DNA of 64,000 bases from an uncultured Actinomycetota bacterium (GTDB lineage: Bacteria; Actinomycetota; Actinomycetes; Mycobacteriales; Mycobacteriaceae): contig CAWICO010000006.1 in the NCBI GenBank assembly GCA_963834615.1, positions 89,158 to 153,157 on the forward strand. Reading direction: 5' to 3'. Numbering within the stretch: the first letter of the stretch is position 1; every line of letters begins with the position of its first letter. Of this stretch, positions 42,017 through 53,461 are shown one piece after another. Made by a program: the position numbers and the translations under genes. The notes under the pieces were generated by a model. That model had not been told where the DNA came from. It saw only the letters and a list, made by a program, of their open reading frames with translations, and did no database searches.

Positions 42017-42062
42017 GCGATGAGGTGGGGGTACCTCCCGCTAGCGGGGGAGAGCGGCGCAA
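42017..42062 (+). repeat. MIRU-like unit
   Basis: gcgatgaggtgggggtacctcccgc, same core as the 34.8 kb units. Confidence 0.65.
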
Positions 42063-42823
42063 ATGAGTGCCGACCCGCTGGCTCCGCTGATGGAGCTGCC
42101 CGGTGTCGCCGCCGCGAGCGACCAGGCGCGTGAGGCGCTCGGCCGGGCCCACCGGCACCGCGCCAACCTGCGGCGCTGGCCGGTGACCGCCGCTGAGGCG
42201 GCGCTGCGGTCGGCGCGGGCCTCGGCGGTGCTCGATGGCGGCGGCGCGAAGCTCGACGACCAGATGGACGTGTCGGCGATGGACGACCCGGTTTTCGCCG
42301 GCGCGCTGCGCGTCGCGCAGGCACTGGAGGGCGGCGAGACCGAACCTGGTCGGCGTGTGGCAGCGCGCGCCGCTGCAGGCGCTGGCGCGGCTGCACATGC
42401 TGGCCGCCGCCGACCGCGATCGACGAGAGCCGGCTGGGCAGGCCGCGTGCGGACGCCGACGTCGGGCCGCGGTTGGAGTTGCTCGCCGACGATCGTGACC
42501 GGCGGTAGCCAGCGCGCCGGCCCCGGTGATCGCCGCGGTCGCGCACGGCGAATTGCTGACCCTGGCGCCGTTCGGCACCGCGGACGGCGTGGTCGCGCGC
42601 GCGGTGTCGCGACTGGTGACCATCGCGACCGGGCTCGACCCGCACGGGCTGGGCGTGCCGGAGGTGGGCTGGATGCGTCGCGCCGCCGACTATCGCGAGG
42701 CGGCGCGCAGGCTTCGCCGACGGAACGTCCGAAGGGATGACGGCGTGGCTGGTGCTGTCGTGCCGGGCTATGCGCACTGGTGCGCAGGAGGCGCTGTCGA
42801 TCGCCGAATCGCTGACGCAGTAG
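42063..42823 (+). pseudogene. Fic-like protein (Rv3662c-like); several apparent frameshifts
   Basis: MSADPLAPLMELPGV; APFGTADGVVAR degenerate Fic motif. Confidence 0.75.
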
Positions 42824-42857
42824 GTTGCCGGAAGCGCGACAGCGGCTGCAGATGCGG

Positions 42858-42902
42858 AATAAAGCGGGCGGCGTACCGAAGTGATTCGGCTCGCCGCCCG
42901 CT
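42858..42902 (-). terminator. Ms1 intrinsic terminator
   Basis: 11-bp stem agcgggcggcg/cgccgcccgct followed by TTATT on minus strand. Confidence 0.75.
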
Positions 42903-43158
42903 AGCACGGATCCCGGTTACCAAGCGTGCATCTGTGGGCTGCGTGGGATGGCCTCGGCGATCTTGCGACGCTTCCGGCTGCAGCCCCACCCAAAGGGCCG
43001 TCGACACCGTTCACTCTTCGCAATTACGCAGGCCCGCAACACTTCTGCCATTATCGCGGCTATGACTCCGCGTGGGTGCCGGGAACCGTGCTGGGTTGTC
43101 CTGATCGGGAGACCGGCCCTTCTCTTCCGGATCGATCTTGGCCTTACCGGGCTTCCGT
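42858..43158 (-). ncRNA. Ms1: Ms1 RNA (MTS2823 homologue, RNA-polymerase-binding sRNA)
   Basis: 5' ACGGAAGCCCGGTAAGGCCAAGATCGATCCGGAAGAGAAGG; ~300 nt to terminator; Rv3661-Rv3662c position. Confidence 0.88.
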
Positions 43159-43173
43159 AGCTCCTTTGTACTC

Positions 43174-43189
43174 CGTGACCCCGGTCACA
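43174..43189. promoter_or_regulatory. CRP-like site TGTGA-N6-TCACG in the Ms1 promoter
   Basis: 9/10 match to TGTGA-N6-TCACA. Confidence 0.6.
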
Positions 43190-43260
43190 TCAAGGGCCAA
43201 TCGTCGTTGAAATGCTGAAGTGATGCCGACCCGTGACACGATAGTTTGCTGGAGCGGCCG

Positions 43261-44123
43261 CTACAGCGAGAACCGGCGCAGCAGCGAGTAGGTCAGCGCT
43301 CCGGCGGCCAGCGCGCTGATCCCGACCGCGGCGGTCGTGGCGACCGCGGCGCCCGACGGCGCCGGGATGCGGTCGCGCAGCGACACCGGCCGGGAGAATG
43401 CCAGCACCGGCCAGTCGCGGGCGGTCGCTTCGCGCCGCAGGGCGCGATCCGGGATTGACCACGCTCGGGATGGCCGACGACCTCGAGCATCGGCATGTCG
43501 GTGATCGAATCGGAGTAGGCGTAGCAATGTTCGAGCGGGTAGCCCTCGCGAGCGGCCAACTCGCGGATCGCCTGGACCTTGCCTTCGCCGTAGCAGTAGA
43601 AGCCGATCTCGCCGGTGTATTTGCCGTCCTCGACAACCATGCGGGTCGCCATCGCGTGGGTGGCTCCCAGCGCCCGCGCGATGGGCGCCACCAATTCCTC
43701 ACCGGATGCCGAGACCACCACGACATCGCGCCCGCACAGCTTGTGGCTGGCGATCAGGTCGGCGGCCTCGGCAAACACCAGCGGCGTCACGATGTCGTGC
43801 AGCGTCTCGTTGACAATCGACTTGATCTGCTCGACATCCCAGCCGGTGCACATGTTCGTCAGGTGGACTCGCATCCGGTCCATCTGGTCATGGTCGGCGC
43901 CAGACAGCAGGAACAAAAACTGCGCGTAACTGGACTTCAGCACGGCTCGGCGGTTGATCAAGCCCTGCGCGAAGAAGGGTTTGCTGAATGCCAGCGTGCT
44001 GGATTTGGCGATGATGGTCTTGTCAAGATCGAAAAAAGCTGCCGTGCGTGGACTGGGGCCGCTGGGCGCCGACGATATTTGCTGGTCAGCGGCCGAGTCG
44101 TTGACCGTCACTGTCACCAGCAT
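43261..44123 (-). pseudogene. HAD-IB hydrolase (Rv3661-like); one apparent frameshift near 43460
   Basis: FFDLDKT, VVSAS, GEGK, YSDSITD. Confidence 0.88.
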
Positions 44124-44282
44124 AGGGCGGGGTCGCCGGCAAATCGCGACGCTGTCGGCAAAACCGCCGGTCAAGCGTGGATCTGATTGCCGCAGGGGCA
44201 GAAAACGTTGATGGTTCAGCTACTTGAAAGGTCTTACTAATCAGTCGCAAGCAACTCTTGCGCTGCGTAACACTGTCATGTG

Positions 44283-44288
44283 TATAGT
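44283..44288 (+). promoter_or_regulatory. SigA -10 element TATAGT of the 6C RNA
   Basis: TANNNT about 7 nt before the RNA. Confidence 0.7.
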
Positions 44289-44294
44289 AAGCAT

Positions 44295-44389
44295 CACTCG
44301 GCTTAGCCGAGGGTGTATCAGCCCGACCCCCCGGGGCTGATACACGACGACCCTCGCCTCCTCCCCCCCTGGCGGGGGTCGTCCCTTTT
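44295..44389 (+). ncRNA. 6C: 6C RNA (M. tuberculosis B11 homologue)
   Basis: Two hairpins with C-rich loops (44313-44345, 44346-44383) then CTTTT; Rv3660c-Rv3661 position. Confidence 0.92.
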
Positions 44390-44429
44390 GTCGGGCTAGA
44401 TCCTTAGCTCGGCGCGATCCCGCCGCAGT

Positions 44430-44456
44430 TTGTGCACAGAGCCGATGTTGTCCACA
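44430..44456 (+). promoter_or_regulatory. Two DnaA-box-like 9-mers upstream of ssd
   Basis: TTGTGCACA 44430-44438; TTGTCCACA 44448-44456. Confidence 0.5.
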
Positions 44457-44546
44457 AATTCTGCCTGTGTGACTGGCGGTGTCGTGCCGCCACGCCGCGG
44501 CACGGTGGGCCGATGACGATCTCCGAGCGCCGACGGGATTCTGGCC

Positions 44547-45606
44547 GTGCTTGCCGAGCCCGCGCTGCGCGACGAGCTGGACCGCGTTGCGGCCGCAGTC
44601 GGTGTCCGAGTTGTTCACGCCGGCAACGCATTACCGGTCAGCAGGAAAGCGTGGTCGGCGGCGTCGGCGGTCGTCCTCGACGAAGCCGCGGCGCAGGCAT
44701 GCGCAGGCGACCGGGTTGCCGCGCCGCCGCGCACGTGATCGTGGTGACCGGCGACGACCCGGCGCCCGCGACATGGGCCGCGGCCATCGAGGTGGGCGCC
44801 AGGCACGTGCTGAGATTGCCTGCCCAAGAACATGATCTGGTCCGCGAGCTCGCGGACGCCGGCGAAGTCAGCGCGCGACGACGGCAATCGCGGCGCGGTG
44901 GTAGCGGTTATCGGCGGGTGCGGCGGGGCGGGCGCGTCACTGTTCGCGGTCGCACTGGCGCAGCACGGCCAACGATGCGCTGCTGGTCGATGTCGATCCC
45001 TGGGCCGGCGGCATCGATCTGCTGGTCGGCGCCGAGACCGGCCCGGTGTGCGCTGGCCGGATCTGGCGTTGCAGGGCGGACGGCTGAACTGGTCGGCGGT
45101 GCGCGAAGCGTTGCCGCGGCATCGCGGGATCAGCATGCTGTCGGGCACGCGGCGCGACCGTGAATTGGACGCCGGCGCAGTGCAAGCGGTTCTCGACGCC
45201 GGCCGTCGCGGCGGGGCGACCGTGGTCTGCGATCTTCCGCGCCGGTTGACCGATGCCGTTCAGATCGCCTTGGACACAGCCGATCTCGTCGTGGTGGTCA
45301 GCCCATGCGACGTGCGGGCCTGTGCGGCCACCGCGACGATCGTCCCGGTGCTTGCCGCGATCAACCCCAACATCGGTCTGGTGGTACGGGGTCCGTCGCC
45401 GGGCGGTTTGCGGGCCGACGAGGTGGCTGCGATCGCCGCCGTGCCGCTGCTGGCGTCGATGAAGCCCGACCCGCGGTCTGGCCGAGCAGCTCGAGCACGG
45501 CGGTCTGCGGCTGGCGCGGCGCTCGGCGCTGGCGGCGGCGGCTCGCCGCGTGCTCGCGGTGCTACCGGCACCCGGTGGGCCCGACGCCGAGGCACGCGCG
45601 GCATGA
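44547..45606 (+). pseudogene. ssd: Septum site-determining / CpaE-like MinD ATPase; multiple apparent frameshifts
   Basis: LRDELDRVAAAVG, GGCGGAGAS, DVDPWAGGIDL, VCDLPR across frames. Confidence 0.85.
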
Positions 45607-46768
45607 CGGATTCGCTGATCGACCGGGTGCGGGAGCGGCTGGCCGACGGAATCCGCGCCGCTGCGACCCAAGGTGGTGGCCGACGCGATCAGGGCCGAAT
45701 CCGGCGGGGTGCTCGGCGACACCGAATTGCTGAGCAATCTTCGGATACTGCAGACCGAGCTGACCGGCGCGGGAATTCTCGAGCCGCTGTTGTGCGCGGA
45801 CGGGACGACCGACGTGCTGGTCAGTGCGCCGGACGCGGTGTGGGTCGACGACGGAAACGGGTTGCGGCGCACTGATATTCAGTTCGCCGACGAAGCCGCC
45901 GTGCGACGATTGGCGCAGCGGCTGGCGCTTGGCGCCGGTCGGCGACTCGACGACGCGCAACCGTGGGTCGACGGTCAGCTGACCGGGTTGGGCGCGGGCG
46001 AGTTCGCGGTCCGGCTGCACGCCGTGCTGCCGCCGGTCGCCGCTGGCGGCACCTGCTTGTCGCTGCGGGTGCTGCGGCCGGCCACCCAGGATCTGGCCGC
46101 GCTGATCGCAGCCGGCGCCATCGCACCCGCGGCCGTGGAGCTGATCGACGGCATCATCGCGGCCCGGCTGGCGTTCCTGGTGTCCGGGGGCACCGGCGCG
46201 GGCAAGACCACGTTGCTGTCGGCGATGCTGAACGCGGTGGCGCCCGACGAGCGGATCGTCTGCGTCGAGGACGCCGCCGAGTTGGCGCCACCGCATCCGC
46301 ACCTGGTCAGGCTGGTCGGCGCGGTGCGCCAACGTCGAGGGCGTCGGGGAGGTCACCGTGCGCCAACTGGTCCGCCAGGCGCTGCGGATGCGACCGGACC
46401 GCATCGTCGTCGGCGAGGTCCGCGGCGCCGAGGTGGTCGATCTGCTCGCCGCGCTGAACACCGGTCATGACGGTGGCGCGGGCACCGTGCACGCCAACAA
46501 TCCCGGCGAAGTCCCGGCGCGTCTGGAGGCACTGGGCGCGCTCGGTGGTCTGGATCGCGTTGCGCTGCACAGTCAATTGGCCGCCGCGGTTCAGGTGTTG
46601 CTGCACGTTGCCCGGGACCGCGACGGACGACGGCGTCTCAACGAAATCGCCGTGCTGCGCCAAACCGACGGTCGGGTGCGGGCGGTCACGGCGTGGCATG
46701 CCGACCGCGGATTGACCGACGAGGTCGCCGGCTTGCGCCGGCTGCTGCAAGGCCGGACGCGGTCATGA
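45603..46768 (+). pseudogene. tadA: TadA/CpaF pilus ATPase (Rv3659c-like); apparent frameshifts
   Basis: SGGTGAGKTT, VEDAAEL, RMRPDRIVVGEVRG, TVHAN. Confidence 0.9.
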
Positions 46769-47563
46769 CCGGACCGGTGCCGGCCGCGTTGGCGTTGTCA
46801 GCGGCGGTGCTGTCGCTTCCGTCGTCACCGCGGCGCCGACTTGGCACGCGCCGACCGTCGGACGTCCGGATCCCGCCGCGTGCCGCCGGCTGGGCTGACA
46901 GTGCGGTGCTGTTGCCGCCGGTGCCGTATTGCTGCCGTTGACAACGGTTTTGGCGGTCGCGTTGTTCGGCGCGAACGATCTCGCTGCGCTATCGCCGACG
47001 AAGGCGTGGCGGCCGGGCGATCGACGAGAGCCGGGAGCTGGAGACCGCGATCGACGTCCTGGTGGGCGAATTGCGGGTCGGCGCACACCCGGCACCGCCT
47101 TCGCCGTGGCGGCGGACGAAACCGTCCGGGCCGGTCTCCGGTCGCGTGTCGTGCGGTGGCCGCCCGCGCCCGGTTGGGCGCCGACGTGACCGCGGGCTTG
47201 CGCGGCGTGGCCGAGGCTTCGGCGCTGCCGGCGCAATGGGACCGGCTCGCGGTGTGCTGGCAACTGGCCGCCGAACACGGCCTGGCGATGTCTGCACTGA
47301 TGCACGCGGCGCAACGCGATATCGCTGAGCGACAACGGTTCTCCGGGCAGGTGCGGTCGGCTATGGCCGGCGCCCGTGCGACCGCCGCCATCCTCGCGGG
47401 CCTGCCGGTGCTGTCGGTGTTGATGGGCCAGCTCATCGGCGCCCACCCGGTGGCGTTCTTGCTCGGCGGACAGCTGGGCGGCTGGATGCTGGTCATCGGG
47501 CTGACGCTGGTCTGCGGTGGACTGCTGTGGTCGGACCACATCACCGATCGGGCGGCGGCGTGA
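46765..47563 (+). pseudogene. TadB-like membrane platform protein (Rv3658c-like); apparent frameshifts
   Basis: ELRVGAHP, SAMAGARATAAILAGLP, GLLWSDHI. Confidence 0.82.
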
Positions 47564-48166
47564 ATGCAGCGCCAACTGATCGGCCGACATTGCTGGCCGC
47601 GGCTGCATTGCTGAGCGGCCCGGGGCCGTCGAGTGGTGCGGGCGCGGGCCGCGCATGGCGGTCCGCGCGCCACGCACGGCGCGGCAGCCGGTGCGCGCGG
47701 CCGGATCCACTGGCCGTCGCGTCGAGCCTGGATGTGCTGGCGGTATGCCTGGCCGCGGGTATGGCGGTGTCGACCGCCGCGGCGGCGACGGCGCCGTCGG
47801 CGCCGCCGCTGCTGGCCCGGGTGCTGCGACGCGCCGCCGATCTGCTGGCGCTGGGAGCCGACCCGGCCGTCGCCTGGTCGGCGCCGGCGACTGGCATCGG
47901 TTCCCTCGACCCGCAGATCGATGCGCTGTTGCGGCTGGCGCGGCGGTCCTCGGTGTCGGGCGTGGCACTGGCCGAGGCGGTTGACCGCGCTCGCCGCGCA
48001 ATGCCGGCAGGACGCCGCGCACAGCGCCGCCGCGGCCGCCGAGCGCGCCGGGGTGCTGATCGCCGGTCCGCTCGGCCTGTGTTTCCTGCCGGCGTTCGTA
48101 TGCCTGGGCGTCGTCCCGGTGGTCGCCGGGCTGGCCGGTGACGTACTGCAGTCGGGCTTGTTGTGA
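47560..48166 (+). pseudogene. TadC-like protein (Rv3657c-like); apparent frameshifts
   Basis: SLDVLAVCLAAG, AERAGVLIAGPLGLCFLPAF. Confidence 0.82.
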
Positions 48167-48208
48167 CGGCGCCCGACGGTGCCGTCTGGGATAACCGAGG
48201 AAGGAAAC

Positions 48209-48415
48209 ATGAAGGCAGCAACATCGTTTCAGGTATTCAAAGCGCGCGTCGCGGTGTTGGCGGTGGACGAGTCAGGGATGTCGACGGTCGAGTACGCCAT
48301 CGGCACTATCGCGGCGGCGGCGTTCGCCGCGATCCTGTACACGGTCGTGACCGGCGATTCGATCGTCACGGCGCTGACCAACATCATCGCCCGCGCGCTC
48401 AACACCAAGGCCTAG
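48209..48415 (+). CDS. Flp-type pilin (DUF4244, Rv3656c-like)
   Basis: DESG|MSTVEYAIG prepilin motif plus TM. Confidence 0.9.
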   Translation: MKAATSFQVFKARVAVLAVDESGMSTVEYAIGTIAAAAFAAILYTVVTGDSIVTALTNIIARALNTKA

Positions 48416-48742
48416 CCGACGATGCCGGCGCGGCCACCGTGGAAGCGGCGTTCGGCGTCGCCATGCTGGTCGCGGTCTTGGTGCTGTGTCTGGCCGGCAT
48501 CACAGCGGTGTCGATGCAGGTCCGCTGCATCGACGCGGCCCGCGAGGCTGCCCGGCTGGCCGCGCGCGGTGACGAGCGCTCGGCCGTCGCCACCGCCCGC
48601 GGTGTCGCGCCCGGCGGCGCCGCGGTCGCAGCTGCGCCGGGACGGCGGATTCGTCGTCGCGACGGTCACCGCCCGGTCGAATCTGCTTCCCGTGCTGCAC
48701 ATCGCGGCGACCGGGGTCTCGGCGGTCGAGCCGCCGCGATGA
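48416..48742 (+). pseudogene. TadE-like pseudopilin (Rv3655c-like); start and frame disrupted
   Basis: DAGAATVEAA…RCIDAAREAARLAARG. Confidence 0.8.
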
Positions 48743-49075
48743 GCGCGGCTCGGCCACCGTCGTCGCCGCCGCGATGGTCGCCGTGCTGCTGGTCGGTCAC
48801 CGGCGGCAGCGGCTACCTGGGCGCCGCGGTGGTGGCGCGGCATCGGGCGCAGGCCGCGGCCGACCTGGCCGCGTTGGCCGCCGCGGCGCGGCTGCCCGCC
48901 GGGCCCGAGACGGCCTGCGCACAGGCCGGCGCGGTGGCTCGCGCGATGCGCGCCGGCACCGCCGACTGCGCGGTCGACGACCTGGACGTCGTCGTCACGT
49001 CGAGGTGGCCCTGGCGGTCAGCCGATGGGGCGGCGCCGGGCAGCCGCCCGCGCCGGCCCGGCCTAGTCGGCCAGA
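48739..49075 (+). pseudogene. TadE-like pseudopilin (Rv3654c-like); apparent frameshifts
   Basis: RHRAQAAADLAALAAA, C…DCAVDDLDVVV. Confidence 0.78.
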
Positions 49076-50085
49076 TCCGCGGCGGTGACCTCGCGCCGGC
49101 GTCGGCAATCGCAGCGAGACGAGCCCGGCGGAAGTCTCCTGGTCGATGACCACCCGGTTGACGGTCACATGCACCGGCACCCACCCGCCGTCGCGGCCGG
49201 CATCCGCAGCACCCCGCGGGTGGCCCCGTCGGCGAACTCCGTGTGCATCGCGGCCATCTTCGCCTCGTCGCTGGGATGAAGCTTCGGGCTGTCGGCCGCG
49301 ACACGACGCCAGTCGTAGAACGGGCACGGCTCGTCCAGCCACTTCAGCAGCGTCCAGGTGTGCGGGTCGAACAGCGCCCGATGCACTCCGGGCGGGGCCA
49401 GGCCCTGCAGGATCTGCTGGGCGAGCCGATCGGACGGTTGCGGCCGGGTCGGCGTCGTCGGCCCGCCAATTCATCCCCCGCGCGATCAGGTGATCGCGGC
49501 CGTTCGACGCCGGTTTCCAGACCATTGCGGGCGACGAAACTCACCCGGATGTAGTTGCCCTGCCAATCGGTGCCGTCCCAGGTGTCGCACACGGTGTGCC
49601 CCGGTTCGGATCTCACCGCGGCCGCCAGCGCCTTGCCCTCGTTCGGCTTGAGCTCACCGGCCGGCCAGCATTCGGCGAATGCGCGGTCCTCGGGGTCTTC
49701 GGTCTCGACGTTGCGGCCGATATTGGCCAGCGACTCCGGGGTGTCGGTGGCCACGCCCAGGGTCATGTCCCACTTCAGCGGACCGGCGATCGGCCGCTCC
49801 GGCGGTTCATCGTCCGCCGGTCCGATCCAGACGTGCACGCCGTGCATGCGGCCGTCGGGCATCAACACCGGCTCGGTGCGGATCACCCGGTCGTTTCTTG
49901 GGGGTCAGGCTGACCAGGCTCTGGCTGGTTTGCAACGACTCGGCGATCGCCGACTGGATCGCGGCGCGACGAGGATTCCGCCGCAGAAACGTGGCGATCG
50001 GAACGAGGTGTCGCAATTGGCGACCGAGCGCGACGACGGCCGGTTCCGTGCCCAGCGTCTCCACCAGCAGCCAGTCGTCGGTCAT
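49063..50085 (-). pseudogene. PAS/GAF sensor protein (Rv3651-like); several apparent frameshifts
   Basis: MTDDWLLVETLG, RMHGVHVW, LLKWLDEPCPFYDW, WVPVHVTVNR. Confidence 0.8.
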
Positions 50086-50390
50086 AGCTCGCTAGCTTAG
50101 CCGTCCGGCAAGGCGGATAACCCGTTGCCGTCCCTGTCGAATCCGCGCAAGTTTCGTCGGCGGTCAGCCTGACGGTGACTTGAACATCAGGCGGTGACTT
50201 GCACAGGTTACGTGGCCGGGTATTTTGCTGCTGCGCCCATTGGGATTGCGAACGGATTGTGCTGTCCGACGTTCGCCGCGTGTTTGTAATTTCGGCATGT
50301 GCGCGTTTCTTCAGCAGCGAGGAAATGCGTTTTCATGGCGGCTGCCGTGACGCAGACAACCTGAGACGACCGTCGAGGGGTCGGTCGTCA

Positions 50391-52734
50391 TCAAGATGTC
50401 CCGTCCTCGTGAGCCAGCGCCGTGAGCACCAAGCGCAAGACCCGCATAGCCCGGCCTTATCCAGTGGATCGTTGCCGTTTCCGCACTTCGGTGACTGCAC
50501 GCACGACGGGCATCCCGACGGGCATTCGCACGCCTCGATAGCGGCGGCGGTGGCACCCAGCCAGGTGCTCGCCCGGCGGAAACCCTGCTCGGCGAAGCCC
50601 GCTCCGCCCGGATAGCCGTCGTAGACGAAGACGCTCGGCAGCCCATCGGGCTCCGGGCCCACCGCGGTGGACAGTCCGCCGATGTCGCCGCGATCGCAGC
50701 TGGCCACCAGGGGCAGCAGTCCGATCGCGGCGTGCTCGGCGGCGTGCAGCGATCCGGGGATCTGCGGCGCGTCGATTCCGTTGCGGCTGCAGTGCTTCTG
50801 GCGTGATGGTATACATCACCGCAGTGGTGTCCAGGCGTCTGCGCCGGCATATCCAGTTCGACGAAGTCGATGACCTCGCCGGTCAGCCGGCGACGCAGAT
50901 AGCCGACGATCTGGCTGGTGACGCAGACCGGGACCAGGCCCAGCGTCACCGAACCGAATACCTGGCGTTCACCGGTCCCGGTGACCTCGATGTCGGTGAG
51001 TTCCCGTGCGAACGTGGCATATCCGGGATCCTCGGCGTGAACGAAAGCCATGCCCTCTTCGAAGTCCAGCGAATCGACCACATAACTCTCGCCCTGATGC
51101 AGATACACCGCGCCCGGGTGCACCGAAGCGGCGGCCTGGCCGGCATCCGGCGGTCCCCAGCAACCGTCCGGTTTCGCTCTCCACGATGACGATCTGGCCG
51201 CCGGTCGATCCCCGAATGTCCACTGCCGGATGGGGATCCACGCCCGGCGCCGGGTAGTACTTGCCGGATCGCCGCCGCAGCAGGCCGTCGTCGACCAGTC
51301 CGCTCGGCGACCTCTTCGGCGCCCAGCGTCCGCACCTCGGCATCATCGAGCGGTAATTCGGTTGCTGCACAGAGTAATTGCGGGCCAAGAATGTACGGGT
51401 TGGCCGGATCGATCACGACCCGCTCGATCGGCTTGTCCAGCAGCGCAGCCGGATGGTGCACCAGGTAGGTGTCCAGTGGATCGTCTCGGGCGACCAGCAA
51501 GACCAGCGCGCCCTGACCACGTCGCCCGGATCGGCCGGCCTGCTGCCAAAACGACGTCACCGTCCCGGGAAACCGGCCAGCACCACCGCGTCGAGTCCGG
51601 CGATATCGATACCCAATTCCAGCGCGTTGGTGGTGGCCAGACCTCGGAGCTGTCCGTCGAGCAGCGCCCGTTCGAGTGCGCTGCGGTCCTCGGGCAGATA
51701 ACCCGCCCGATAAGACGCCACCGACTCGGTCAGCTCCGGGGCGATGTCCTCCAGCCGCGCACGGGTTGCCAGCGCGGTCAATTCGGCCCCGCGCCGCGAC
51801 CGGACAAACGTCAGCGTGCGCGCGCCTTCAGCGATCAGGTCGGCCATCACTCGTGCCGCTTCGCTACCGGCGGACCGTCGTACCGGAGCGCCGTTTTCAC
51901 CGACGAGGTCGGTGCGCAGGGCCGGCTCCCACAACGCCACCGTGCGGGCGCCCTGCGGCGACCCGTCTTCGGTGATCTCCGCGACCGGCTGGCCGATGAG
52001 CTCGGCGGCAGTTGCGCCGGGCGCCGCCGTTGTCGCGCTGGCGAAGATCACAGTCGGCGTGATGGGCGCCGGGTCGGCCGAGTAGCGTGCGCACAACCGC
52101 AGCAGCCGACGCAGAACCATCGCCACGTTCGAGCCGAAAACACCGCGGTAGTAATGGCATTCGTCGACGACCACGAAGCGAAGACCGCGCAGAAATACCG
52201 CCCACCGGGCATGGTTGCGCAGCAGCGCCAGGTGCACCATATCGGGGTTGGAGAACATCCAGCGCGAGCGCTCGCGCGCGAAACGTCGCACCTCGGTGGG
52301 ACTGTCGCCGTCGTAAGCCGTGGGCGCAACGTCACCGAGCCGCGGTATCGCCGCGGTCAGCGCGTGCGCGGCCCGCAACTGGTCGTGGCCAAGAGCTTTC
52401 GTCGGCGAGAGGTACAGCGCCCGGGCCCGCGGATCGGTCGCCAGCGCATTGAGGATGGGAAGTTGATAGGCCAGCGACTTTCCCGACGCCGTGCCCGTGC
52501 TGATCACCACGTGCCGGCCGGCATGGGCCAGCTCTGCCGCCTCAACCTGATGTGCCCACGGCGAATTGATGCCGCGATCGGTGAAGGCGCGCACCACGTC
52601 CGGCTCGGCCCATGCGGCCAAGGACGCTGGCGGCCATGCCGTGCCGGCAGCTCGGCGACATGGCGTAGCGGATGTTCTCCCGGTTCGCTGCCGGCGACGG
52701 CGGCCGCGAGCAGTTCGCTGCCGAACGTCACCAC
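50391..52734 (-). pseudogene. DEAD/DEAH helicase with DUF1998 Cys cluster (SftH/MrfA-like, Rv3649-like); several apparent frameshifts
   Basis: GTASGKS, DECH, SAT, QQAGRSGR, CECPSGCPSCVQSPKC. Confidence 0.9.
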
Positions 52735-53072
52735 GTTTTGCGTTCCTCCTGATGTCGAGCTATTGACCGGATACCGCAACCCACGGCGGGCTCGCAGCCA
52801 GCGGTTTGGCCCTCGCACCTGAATTGTTTACCTCGTGGTGGCTGAATTGATCACCTTAGGCTGTCGCTGACGCGATGAACATGGTTGACTGTTTGCGGTC
52901 GCAGCTTCTGTGTTCGTGTCAAAGCTTTCGCAGGATCGACGTTGCGGCCGCGGTTCCTGCGAGGGTGTAGGTCGGGTGAAGTTCCGGCGACTCGGCAAGG
53001 TATAGCGGTCGGAACGGGCCCGGTGCATCGAGGCGGTGCGCCGCACCCGAGAAGTAAAGGAAAGATCAAGAA

Positions 53073-53276
53073 ATGCCACAGGGAACTGTGAAGTGGTTCA
53101 ACGCGGAGAAGGGATTCGGCTTCATCGCCCCCGAGGACGGTTCGGCCGACGTGTTCGTCCACTACACGGAGATCCAGGGTAGCGGCTTCCGCACCCTCGA
53201 GGAGAACCAGCGGGTTGAATTCGAGGTCGGCCAAAGCCCCAAGGGTCCTCAGGCCACTGGCGTCCGCTCCATCTGA
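53073..53276 (+). CDS. cspA: Cold-shock protein
   Basis: [17 protein letters not shown]. Confidence 0.97.
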   Translation: MPQGTVKWFNAEKGFGFIAPEDGSADVFVHYTEIQGSGFRTLEENQRVEFEVGQSPKGPQATGVRSI

Positions 53277-53292
53277 GCAAGCCTTCAACGAC

Positions 53293-53337
53293 AACCCCCC
53301 GCACGGTCCGGAGTCACCGGTTTCGTTCGGGGGGTTT
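53293..53337 (+). terminator. cspA terminator hairpin
   Basis: aaccccccg…cggggggttt. Confidence 0.65.
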
Positions 53338-53461
53338 CTCGTTTGATGGCCCGCCTGCCCCGCATGGCTTCGCTCTGCGTCGTCGTCGGCTGCGGTGTTG
53401 ATGACCTGACGTTCCGCACGCCGTGGCGTGCATCGTTCCTCGGACGCTTACTGTCGTTGAC

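Noticed and set aside
51230-52822. Long antisense or alternate-frame ORFs (also 21409-23076, 35552-36859, 46825-48210, 5' extension of 59005-60588)
   Set aside because: Shadow ORFs from high-GC codon bias; Arg/Ala/Pro-rich with no motifs
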